A DNA stretch of 64,000 nucleotides from Chrysomallon squamiferum (lineage: Eukaryota > Animalia > Mollusca). The position numbers and the translations under genes are program-made. Positions 23,801 to 36,877 of the stretch are shown here, in pieces (the stretch's first letter is position 1; every line of letters starts with the position of its first letter). Under the pieces are notes generated by a model. That model searched no databases, was not told the DNA's origin, and worked only from the letters and a program-made list of their open reading frames with translations. The DNA is taken from NCBI GenBank assembly GCA_012295275.1, contig CM022673.1:27962001-28026000 (forward strand), given 5' to 3'.

Positions 23801-26232
23801 CATGTTAGTTACTTTCAGAAACTTCAGTGTGAAGGTTGCGAACCTCACACACAGAAATAGTTAAAACTGTGTCTTGTTAATTGCCATTGTGATAAGCTAT
23901 CTGTTTTTATTAAAAAGAAATATTGTTGTGCAATCAATCATGTGAATACAAAAATAAAGGCTTTCTGTTGTACAAGTGTTTTTCTCATTATTATTATTTG
24001 ACAAATGTATCTGAAACTCAACTAGTTTTAACAGAGATCATAGAAATTGCTTTTCTATGTGAGAAGATGTTTGTAAATAAAATCTATAATGTAATTGGAT
24101 GAGCCATTCATTGAGTAGAGTTTAAATTATTTTTATGTCATTGGGCAAGTAAAATACAATCATTAATGTAAAATGGGCTGAAGTTTTCTTAAATATAAGT
24201 GGTAAAACTGTGTATTGAAAGAGCATAAACATTTTTTTTTTTTTAAATTTATTACTGCATGTTCAGATTTTTGGTTTAATTTAATAGACTTAGTTCTAGT
24301 ACATAAAAGCAGGTCTACCTGTTAAAATCTTCAAAGACGTTTTGCCCTGTATTCAGTATGACAAAAGCTATGTAACTTGATTCAGAAAGTTAATGTAAAT
24401 ATTAAATAAACATTTCAATCTGTCGCTGATAAACTACAATCACCCATGGATTTCTTTTAACAACTTATTCTATGAATAAATATTAATCTCTGTATACATC
24501 TAATCCATGTATTTATCTTATTTTCATTTATTCTTTCAATTTCATACATTCACTCCATCTTTTTGGCAAGCTTTGACTAAAACAGTACAGTACAGCTGTT
24601 TCTGTATCAGTGCTACTGTTGTTAGATTATTACAGAGGTGTATGTTTTAATTAATCTGGATAGGAGTTACTGTAATACCTACCTGGTACTGAGTTAACAT
24701 ACTGATGAAGAGGCTATACTGTAATGTGTGTGTGGATTCTGGTAACGTATTATACCAGCTCACTGTGGCAGATTGTACAGTAAGAAGTTTTTCATTCTGT
24801 GAGCAGTTTTAACAGCTGCAACCTTTCTGTTGGCTTTTTTTCTTCTTTTTTTTAAAAAAACATGATCAAAAATATAGATCAGTTTTAAATTGCTAGTTAA
24901 AACTTGATAATTTCTGAAAGTATTGTGACTTATAAAATAAAAAATAATAATTATATTTTTAAATAATAAAAATATACAAATAGCTGAATGAATAATAAAA
25001 AAATATATATATATATATTAAAATAAAATTCTGTCATAAACAAATTCCAAAAAACAACAGATAATAAAAATACATTTTATTTTTAATTGTATGTACTAAA
25101 AATACAAAATATTCTCATTAACATTATATATATATATATAAAAATTATGTATAAAAATTTCATATACATACATTCATACATTTATATATATATATATATA
25201 TATAAGAATTCTCATGGCAGTCAAAAAATAAATTTGTCAATATCAAAATTCAATTTTAAAATTTATATAAACATAGTGTCCTTCATGTCTTTCTTCAATG
25301 TAAAAAAATATCAGAACAACAATTTTAATGAACAAAAAGAACAGAAATAATCTCCAAAGAGCCAGTTTGCACTATTGCATTTCTAACAAAACTCTTAGAG
25401 CATAAACATTTCGTAAACTTTTGTCTACCTTCACAGCTTTTACATAAGTTATAATGCACAGTTGAATTAGGAATAATGAAGTTGGCAGTGTGTTGAAATA
25501 ATCAATGCCTGGTCAGCTTCAACACTTTGCCTTGTTAGACTTGGTAAGTAACATCTGTTGGATATTTTTATTTATGGATGGAAGTTTAAAAATTTACATT
25601 TTTGTCAGCAAGTCATTTTATTCTTTTTTTACTTGTTGTTGTCATGACTGCTAACACCTTATTATCAGGCTAGTTACTAAATGAACATTAATTATTACTA
25701 ACACATTTTTTTAAATCTTTGGAACAAATTAATCATCAGTTTGGTCTCAATAGCTCTCTTTACAATATTTAACGTCAAATATTCAGTATACTAATGTATT
25801 TTATGCAAAACTGAAACATTTTTTAAAATTAATTTTATGATAAGATTCTCATCAAAAATCACTTTTCAGTTCTAATCAAATGTTAGATATTTTACAATGA
25901 TGAACAAAAATGTAGACAGGCACTTTCAATGTTGATGCATACAGTTTTCCTTTCTGTAATTATTTCCAATTTGTGAGGGATATGGCAAAGGCTCTGTATG
26001 CCATATCAAATCTGTCACAAATACTGGGCAAGGCATTTTCTCTTAATTTAGAAGATTTAAGTTCTTAGCTGAATCTTACTGAAAACAGTAATGTTAGTCC
26101 ATAGCACCATTTTTTTAACAGACAGAGTACATGTTCAAATATTACTCCATCTTTTTGTTATGTGTGTGGTTTCTCAGCAGTTTCTTTTCATGTTTGAGGT
26201 GGTGGTTGGTGATGTTGTCAGGCATGTTGCTG

Positions 26233-26290
26233 TCATATGTTAACTTGCTTGTCCTTTGTCAGATAGCCCAGTGTTTTCTGTGTCACTGAT
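26233..26290 (-). CDS. FUZ: FUZ terminal coding exon (SVTQKTLGYLTKDKQVNI*)
   Basis: CAG acceptor, phase 2 match, TGA stop. Confidence 0.82.
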
Positions 26291-29200
26291 CTGTAACACA
26301 ATGAAATTCAATACTAAGAACAGTTCTGACAATATTTTACATGTGGGTAAAACTTGAAAAAATCAATTATATACAATGTGGATAAAACTTTAGCAAACAC
26401 TATTTTATAAATAAAAACCTGATAATATTATGTAACGTAATACAATTCTGATAATATTATGTAACGTAATACAATTCTGATAATTTTATGTAACCTAATA
26501 CAATTCTGGTAATCAATATTCTATCTGTAGATAAAATTCTAGAAATCAATATTATATAAATAAGTACAACTGTCATAATCAATACTATATGTATAGTACA
26601 TTTCCAGCAATCAATACTATATGTACAGATACAAATTCCAGTCATCAATATAGTATGTAAGTGATATAAGTGTGATAATTAATTTGTATATGAACTAATA
26701 ACATCTTTAATAAATACAATTGTTTTTGTTTTTAAAAGGGTTTTGTTGAAGATTATTTTTTCAATTTGGTAAGACTGTAGTGTTATCTCAAACAAGATGT
26801 TACTCAGGCCTGTTTCTGAGTTAAGGCAAAGAGAAAAGATTGCCTACCTCATTGCGAATGTGGGAATGGACGGACTGTAGAGCACAAATATCTGATGCTG
26901 GCCAGACTCGAGAGCGTAACACTTGTGTGTGTCTGTCACTATGTATGTCTCTACAGGCGTGTGACAGAATTCAGCTGGGCCTAATAACAATAACAATAAC
27001 AATAACAATAACAATAACAATAATAACAATAATAACAAAAACAAAAACAACAATAACAATAATAACTAAAATAATAACAAAAAACAATAACAATAACAAT
27101 AATAATAAAATAACAATAACAATAATAAAAACAATAACAATAACAATAACTAACAAAAACAACAATAATAACAAAAACAATAACAACAATAACAATGATA
27201 ATAACAATAGTAACAAAAACAATAACAATAACAAAAACAAAAACAATAACAACAACAATAATGATAACAATAACAACAACAATAATAATACAAATAAAAA
27301 CAACAATAATAATGATAACAACAGTAATAATAATGATAATAATAATCACCATAACAAACAAATAATAAAGATAAATATATTTGCATTTATTCCTTCCTAT
27401 TTCATTAAAAATCATAAAGAATAAAAATAATGGTTTAAATGAAAATTCCCTGTATACTGAAAATAAATTCAAAACCACACACACACACACACACACACCT
27501 AGCATTATTTGACTTGCAATATCTAATAACTTTTTTGTTCCTGGCTGTCATTAATCAGTTTATTCATTTAACGATTTACCTATCACATTACTGACATAAA
27601 AACCCAGACCAAACATAAAACACTGAACCATACTTAGGCAGTCAGTAAAAAGTGACAGATGTGTTATATAAATAATTCAGCATTTGAAACCTTGTATGGA
27701 GAGAGGAGGAGTCAGTAATTATAAAGTGACAGAAATAATAACTTAAGCTAACAAAATTAATGATTTGTTTTGCAAAGCCCACCTGTGTCACTGCCTTCTA
27801 CAGAAGATTAAACACAAGTAATTAAACACTCAGTACAGACAGTCATGTAGGTGCAATTAATTTAACTTTCTTATACCAGGATCGTAAGATTTCTCTTCTT
27901 CGCTCTCGAGGCATATTCTTTTCTAAGGATAAAGCACAAACAAAAAAAATAAATATATATATATATATATATATATAAAGCAATATTAACAATGTTTATG
28001 ATGCTACAATTAATAATTTTGTTTATTTTTTTATTTTATTTTTTTAAACTGGTAGTTTTAATTCAGTTTCATTATGCTTTTAAAGTTAATCATCTGATAA
28101 CCTTTATTACTACTTTTATTATTACTATAATGATTATTATTATTATTATTTATATAATTGTTTTTTTATTTTTTATTTTTCACAACTCTGCCACAGAACT
28201 ATTACCAAACATTTTTTAAAAATTCTGAAGTATAAGAAAAACCATAACATTGTTTAATGACTTTGTCGTGAGTCATCAGACAGAAGAGGTGAAATGAGCA
28301 ACTCAGTGAGTAATTCTTTCAGAGAGTTTGGTCACTATTAGTAACATTCTCATCATCCAGCTGCCAGTGTTAGTCACAAAAAGCTTATTAATTTTGTACA
28401 AGTAATGAAACACACACAGTACAAGTAATGAAACACACACAGTACAAGTAATGAAACACAAACAGTACAAGTAATTAAACACACTCAGTACCTGACTGTC
28501 TGATATCCTGTCCACTGGCTGAATGAACACTGCACAGACATCTATGAGTATCTTTATTTACCACAATGAACCTGTAATAACAGTAATCACAAATAGGAAT
28601 TTGAAAACAAAGCAAAAATGTTTTTTAAAAAATTATAAATTTATTTTTACAAACCTGTACAAATACACTCATAAGAAACTAAATTATATCACTGAAAAAT
28701 GTACATATATATATTTTTAAATAAATAAAATGTGATTGGTAAAAAAGTAAAGTCATTGTTTATTATTGGTATTACTATAACCTGAAACAACGAGCATGAA
28801 AGTACTTGAGATAATTAACCAAAGTAAAATCAGCAATTATCCAGAACATCTGACAAGCCTTTCAATATTTCCAATTCTCTTTAGGTATTCTTCTTTTTCC
28901 TTTTTTCAACACTGACATCATTCAAACTTGTTTGGTTTTTTGTTGATTTTTTTCTTTCTTTCTTATGTACCTGGACATAATTTTTCTGAATTATTTTATT
29001 ATTCTTTTTTTAAATTTCTGATGTTATTGACCTGGACATAATTTTTCTGACCTTTATTTTATTATTATTATTATTCTTTTTTTAAATTTCTGAGGTTATA
29101 GAATATATTTTTCTGTATGGTTAAATAAGCTAACCCACCCCAGAATGTTGTCGTCGAGGTACAGACTGGTAGGAAAGTTTCGTGGATGCAGCTGACTAAC

Positions 29201-29324
29201 AGATTTCAGACTTTCACAACTTGGCTTCCAAAACCTGTTCACCTTTAGTAACAATTTTAAATAATACTAAATATTTATTAATCTGATATAAACAAACAAA
29301 TACACATACAAATAATAATAAATA

Positions 29325-29356
<32 letters not shown>

Positions 29357-30888
29357 GCAAGCAAGCAAGCAACTGAATACTGCTTTACCATTAAGACATT
29401 AAATGCTTTTCATTTCTGAATTAAAAACAATAATAATAAAAAAATAAAAATAAAAATATATAAATAACACTAGCATTTACAAAACAGATATCTGAAAATA
29501 TATTTCATATTTATTTTAACAATAAAGACTGTAACACAAAAGAATAAAACCAGACACATTTTGATCGGCCTAACAAAACTGTATTTTAAGAATGGTTTAA
29601 CTGCTAAGTGAACACACACACTTGTCTAATACCTCTTGCTGAAGTTCTGCCAGTGTTGGAGTGGGCCCTGATATGATACAAACCTCCACGTTTTTCTGAA
29701 GTTGAAAAGTCATCAGTCGATGTGGAACCTGGATAAAACATGACTTCATTACACAGAACAGAAAACACAGATAGACAGACAGACAGACAAACAGACACAC
29801 AGACAGACAAACATACATACAGACAGACAGACATACAAAAGTAATTTTTTTATTTGTAAAATTTCAAATATTTCAGTAACACTTCCGTCTTATAACCCAT
29901 CTACAAAAGCAAAAGCTTCTTAATGTGATAAATTTATTTATTTTAAAACAAACAGTTATGGTGATAACAACTGCATGGAAATAATCCCCTTTTGTTATCA
30001 AAAACAAACTAGTAGTGTATTTTTTAATGACAAATGTTATTTTATTTTGAACCTCTCCAACCCAAACCAATATATATATATATATATATATATAATTCAA
30101 ACTGCTGGGGTTCATCATTGATATGTATTTCTACAAAATAACAGAAAAAAAGAAAGAAGGGTTTTTCCATTCATTTTTTAAAAAAAAAAAAAAGTTGTAT
30201 AAAGGTTATATGAAATGAACAGTTAATTTTTACAAGATTTTGTTTATGTCCTTTTATCATGTTTGTTTGTAAATGCATATATTCCAAAAATCTTTGGACA
30301 GTACAAAAAAAATTTAAGAGATAAAAAATTTAAAAAAACGAAAAAGTTTTATAAACCATATTTCCACTTATTATGCCTATAGGGGGTAATGTTAAGGATC
30401 ATTATTATAAAATATGTTATGTATATGCACTTCCTTTTGCAAAAAACACAAAATATTTACCTGAAAAAAATTAAATCATTTTTTAGGTACAATTTTCTAA
30501 AACCAGTCACAACAAAAATTTAAAAAAAAATATATATATATTGTTTATTCATGATTTGTCAATTTTTCACTTAGTGCGTCCCCTTAAAAAGATTTGTGGT
30601 ATAATGAAGAGATTATAATTATAATTATTTGCCATTAGACAGTGGTATAATGAAGAGACTGAACTTACAGTTGGACTGAGCTGTGGCAGAAACACGGGGA
30701 AGTCGCGACTTGTACATCGTGGCAGGGCTGTAACCAGGAGCGACAGCAGAATCAGCTCTGTGGGTGAGAACAACCACCACTTCTTTGTTGCCACGGCGAT
30801 CTTGCCGTGCACCAGCAGACACCCGTAGTGACTCTCAGCAGCTTCTGCGAAAGCGTCCAAGAAATTCTGGAATAAAATCAGTAATACC

Positions 30889-30983
<95 letters not shown>

Positions 30984-33900
30984 CAATAATAATAATAGTA
31001 ACATTAATAATAATAATAATAATAACAATAATATAATAATAATAACAATAACAATAATAATAATATTATATCAATGATAATAACAATAATAAATAACAAT
31101 TAATAATAAATAATAATAATAATAATATTATATCAATGATAATAACAATAATAATAGTAACATTATTCATGATAATAATAATAATAATAAAAATAGTAGT
31201 AGTAATAGTAACATTAATAAAAAAAATAACAAAAAATAATAATAAAAATAGTAGCAGTAGTAGCAGCAGTAATATTAAAAATTAATAAATAAATAAATAA
31301 ATAAGATAATTATTACAATTTAAACCAAAAACACAGTATAACCATCATTTTCCTTTATTTAAACTGCTATACAGTTATAACTAAAATGACTGAAAAATGA
31401 AAGATGATTTTTATTAGTCACTAATTAAAAATCTCAGTAAAAGCTAAAAATAAATTAATAATAATAAAAATAAGTGCATGAAGTTCACCTTGTGACCTTT
31501 AATGAAATGTTTTGTTCTCAGAGCAATCTCTGAATGATTAGGATTTATCTTTGATAAGCTTCTTGACAATAAGAAGACAAACTATTAAGTAGTTCTTTGT
31601 GCAGGTGACAGAAAACAATAAGAATCGGAGTATATCCTTTATGAATAAGCCTGGTGTTTTCAAGCCCATGTCAGGACTTTGCTATTAGTGGAAAGGCAGC
31701 TGTGTCAATGGTTAAAAGAAACTGGTATGTAGATGAAAAACAAGAATAAAGAAATGAAAATAATATATCTATATATAAAATATATATTTTCAAGCAACTA
31801 TCACAAATACAAAATGTTTTTTATAATATATATATTATATATGAATGTATGTGTGTATAATATGTCTATACATACACACAAACACATACATATATATATA
31901 TATACAGATAGATGGATAGATAGATATCTGTTTACAGTAGAAATGACATGAAAACTGCATATTTTGAATATTAATTATATAAAATATTATTCTTTAAGTT
32001 TATAAAATCCATTTTGTATTTGTCATAGTTGCTTGAAAATATTAATTTACAAAATACAAAATGTTATAAATAAAGGGATTTTGGTAAAAAGAAATATTAA
32101 ATAAACAAAATAAATAATAACAATTTTCTTTATAGCTGAACAGTTTCTTATACAGTACTTATGAAGCCATTGCACTGAAATATACTGTTATGTTTATGTT
32201 TCTAAAAATCCATTTCTGATGTAAAGCAACTAACAGAAAGTCTGTTTTAATATTATTTTTTAATAATAATAATATATATATATATATTTTGATGGTTTTT
32301 TTATATATATATATATATATTGGTGTGTGTGTGTGTGCATGCGTGTGTGTGGGTTTTTTATTTGTAGTAAAACTGAAGTTTCACCTGAAGTACAGAATTT
32401 TCTGGAGCAGCAATGACATCCACTGCGTTGGTCAGATCAGAAAAGGTCAGTAAGGAGGTATCTTCCAGCAGAGTGTCAATCAGCTGAAAACACACCTGTA
32501 AACAAAATACAATTATATTCAGAACAATCAACCAAAATGAACAGAAAAAGAAACTGATGTACTGGCCTCTGCATAGACAACAAACAATCTGATTACCTTA
32601 AAGTAAAATAAAAAATAAAAAGTAAATATAATATGCAGCTTTCGTGGTTTTATCATTTTTGGTAACAGACCTAAATGTTAACAGAAATATGAATACATGT
32701 ATTTGTAAATTTTTACTAAAAAAATTCAATATGCAGTCATTGCTATTTTTTATTATTATTATCAAAATATTGATGATGTTGACTATCTTTTTAAATATAA
32801 GAAAAACACACTTAATACTAGCTCCAAAATTTTAAAAATTTGTATTCATTGTAATATGATCGACATATTTATCCATGTTTCAAGAATAATCACATAAAAA
32901 GCAAACACAGTGATGATATATATTATACCATACCCATGCATCATATATTACATAATTTCCTTTAGAAGAAAAAGGAAATACCTATGTATATCACTATATG
33001 CTTTTTTGCATTGGATACTTTTGGTGTGGTTGTGAGTTTTTAAAAATATTATTCTACATGTAATGTTTCAAACAATTTGATAAACTTCTTTTCATCTGTC
33101 TACAAGCCAAAAATTCAAAAATAAGTGTTTATCAATAAATAAATAAATAAATAAACAAACAAACAAACAAACAAACAAACAAACAAACAAACAAACAAAC
33201 AAACAAACAAACAAACAAACAAATAAATAAATGAGTTTAAAAAAAAACAATAATAATAAAAAATAAAAATATTGATTTCACATGACAAAAATTAGTATGC
33301 ATATCTTTCTTCTCATACTTTGAACACTTTGACACCAGAATGTGAAGTCAATATTGATAATACAAGGAATGAGGGTCAATCAATGACCCTTTGCTGTCCT
33401 AAATTTCAAAACCTTTGAGAATGCAGAGTTAAATAAACAAACTAAATAAGAAGATATTAAAGAAATAATTAAAACAATTTTTTTTTTTAAGAGCATATAT
33501 TTCTGGCTGAAAAATCAAACTGAATTGTAATTATGTTATTTTCAAAATATGCCCTGTTTTTTATTTGTTATTTATTTGTTTTATATTCTGGGTTTTAAAA
33601 ACCCACACCCAAAACACAAATTAAAAGAGTGTACAACATGAAGAAATTCTTTTGACAGTATTTTTATATATATATATATATTTCTACAGAACTGGATTTT
33701 AAAACAGTACCAAAGCAGAAATAATGAGAATATATGCTGCAACTTAAAATATTTAACTTGTGCACATCTCAACACAAATTACTAAAAAGAGTTATTTCCC
33801 TTACCTCACAATTCTTTTTATTTTTAAGAATTTTATTAAACATTTTCTTTTCTAATCTACTTTTATTTTATTTCAGCTTATTTCTGTGCCTGACTGTTGA

Positions 33901-36826
33901 GTTTCAGGTCTAACATATAATTGCTGAAGGTAATGAAAATTTTGATATGTGAAATTTAGTTAGGTTTTAGTAATGAAAAGGATCATTAATTTTTATCTCA
34001 TTATCAGTAAGAATGGTTAAATAGCTAATAATTCATGCAAACAGCCTATTACGTACATCAACAGCATTTAAACAAACACAATACTGACATTTTACCAGTC
34101 ATAAATAACAATTAAAATGCATAGGTAATATATAATTTATAGACTAATGCATGGAAAAATCTTCTTTTTCTTTTTTTGTAATTTCACATTAAACAAGTGG
34201 TTTTCTTTTCAAATAATTTGAATATCTATACTGTTCCACAGTTTAAAAGAAATGGGACAACTGTATAGTTGCATAGTAATATATGTATATAATATTTTAA
34301 ACTGTATGTTGAAAAAAACTGGCATGACATTTGTAATAAAAAAAAAATTAAATATAATTTTATATACATATATATATATATATATATATTTTAACTTCAC
34401 CCTAAGAGCACTGCACATCTATCAAACAAATCTTATGGCTGAAATGTTTCAAATTAAGGAAATCAGTTCCAAAAAGCTGCTCTCAGTTTACACAGTGCTT
34501 ACTGTTTGTGTCAACAGATACAGAACAAATGACCGAAGAATGTGAAAAATAATTTTCCTGTGTCTCTTTTGATTTAATATAACTTCTGTTTGTTTCGGGG
34601 ATGGTGTCGTTTCATTGTTAAGTAAATTTCACTGTGTTAGTAAAACATGATGCTGACAAATAGTTTTTGGAAAACACAAACACAATGACATGATAGGTTT
34701 TCCAGATATTTCTGGCATAAACACAGGTGTGAAATATTTTCAATCTGTGAAGACAAATTGTGTATGTCTTAGTTCAACAAATACTTCACACCTTCAAGTT
34801 TGTTCTTGGACAGTCCAATATATTTTCATTGAAATAATATTTAATTGTATTATATTGTTATTAATATTTTTTTTTTAAAATTTTTTTTCTCAGCTTTATT
34901 TCTGTTATGTTGCAGCAACAGAACAAGGCTACAAGTTAGGTTCAAAGCTCTTTTTTTAAAAAAACAGTTTTATAAAAATATATATTTTATTATATAAAAA
35001 TATTTTTATGTATTTAAAAAGAAGATGAAGAAGAAGAAAGAAGGAATAAATCTTATGGATATACTGTTCAACAAAATTTCTTGTATGCATGTTAGTTATT
35101 TTATGTATATTTTATTTATTTATTTATTTATAATAAAGAGATATTACATGGATTCTGTCTTGACATATAAAAGTTATCTATAATAATAGTTTATGGTAAA
35201 GATCCATTAACATTTTATTAGCAATTATTAGCAATATGTCATTTGATTATTTTACAAAGAACATTTTCAGTTATAATGATTTTTGTTAACCACATATTCT
35301 TTATTTTATTTTCCAGTTTTGTAGATGTTATCAAAACCAATCATGAAAATGGGGTAGTTTATAATGTTGTTTGTTTTGGTGTGTTTTTTGTTCTGAGAGA
35401 AGATAAAGATATTAAAACCTTTTTACCTGAAGATAAAATTATTATATTTTCAATCCAACATCTATGAATATCTAATATAAAAAACCCCACCAAAAAAAAA
35501 AAAAACAAACAAAACTAAATAAATAATAATAAAATAATAAAATATAATAATAATAATAATAATAATAACAACAATAATAATAAAAAGAATAAATAATAAT
35601 AGTAAAAAAATAATAATAATAATAATAATAATAAAAATAATAACAAAATTTATATAACATTTGCATTCTATAATTCCCTTTCCAATATACACTGACAGTA
35701 ATTTATATTATCCTTTTTGTCTATGACTTCTGAACAGAGGGATTTCATTTTCTCTCTTTTTTTTCTCTCAAGTTTATTCTCTTACAAATCTCAATTCAAT
35801 CATGATTGAAGCAATGAGTGCCAATTACACTGTGCAATATATCAAGTCTATAGCTGCCTCCAGAGTGGATAGCCATTACAGACGCACAAAGAACGGACAA
35901 TGGAATATAGAAGTGTTATTTCTGTATGTATCATTGTATTTCTCTGCAAAACACTTAAGCCCCAGAGCTACACACGCTTGCTTTCGTTCGTACATAAACC
36001 AAGAACTGCATGATAAGGGCCCCACAGAGGCAAAAGACTTTTAATCAATTCCTCATATATCTCCCACAGTATCAACTGTCACAGGGGCAAAGTTGTGCGT
36101 TTCCATGACGTCATTGGCGCTTGTCTTCGTGGAGTAGGTATCCATGGAAAAATGTATTAAGTCTTTATATAGTGTAACAGCTGTTGTGTCGCTGCATGTG
36201 TACATATCTGTGATAAGGTTTTATTGATTGGTGGGTGAGCAGCACTGGGAAGGGTGCCAGGCAGGACACTGCTCAGCACCGAACCAGCAAGTTGTGGTCT
36301 ATATTTGACTTCCAGTATTGTACTCTCATATCGATAAATATGGATGCAGTAGCACTTTAATAGCTCAGCTGGGTTTGGAATGAACTTTTCAAAATGAATT
36401 CTGTTAATAACTCTGACCATTCCCCCCCCAAAAAAAGTTTAAATGTTGTTTCTTTTTTTTTTTTTTTTTTAAACTTTCTTAAACATTCTAATATTATTAT
36501 AGATTAAACTTTTATTATTATAATTTTTAATTTTTATTATTATTATTTTTTTAATTTGAAGGAAAGTACTTACTTTTAATAGGGAATATTTTTAAAATGC
36601 TTTTTTTTAAAAAATTGTGGATGAGAAACAAATTTAAGAAAAAAAAAATTCCAGAACAGAATGGTTCATTTGTAAGTTAGTTGTTAGACTTCAGAGCCAA
36701 TGTATGACAGATTTCAAGATCAATCTTTTATAAGCAAACACAATGGATAATTTCCCAGTCTAACAGAGTCATTTGCTTAGTTTATCAATTATTTTGGTAC
36801 ATACTGTCCAGTCTATGGTAAGGTAA

Positions 36827-36877
<51 letters not shown>

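Noticed and set aside
26840-27505. Poly-N, poly-L and poly-I ORFs on both strands
   Set aside because: Products of the (AAC/AAT)n repeat; only 26848-26980 on the minus strand is coding.
27623-27690. Candidate extra FUZ exon after a branch point and pyrimidine tract (TACTGAC...CAAG)
   Set aside because: All three frames hit stops before the next good donor, so it does not fix the exon 9 phase problem.
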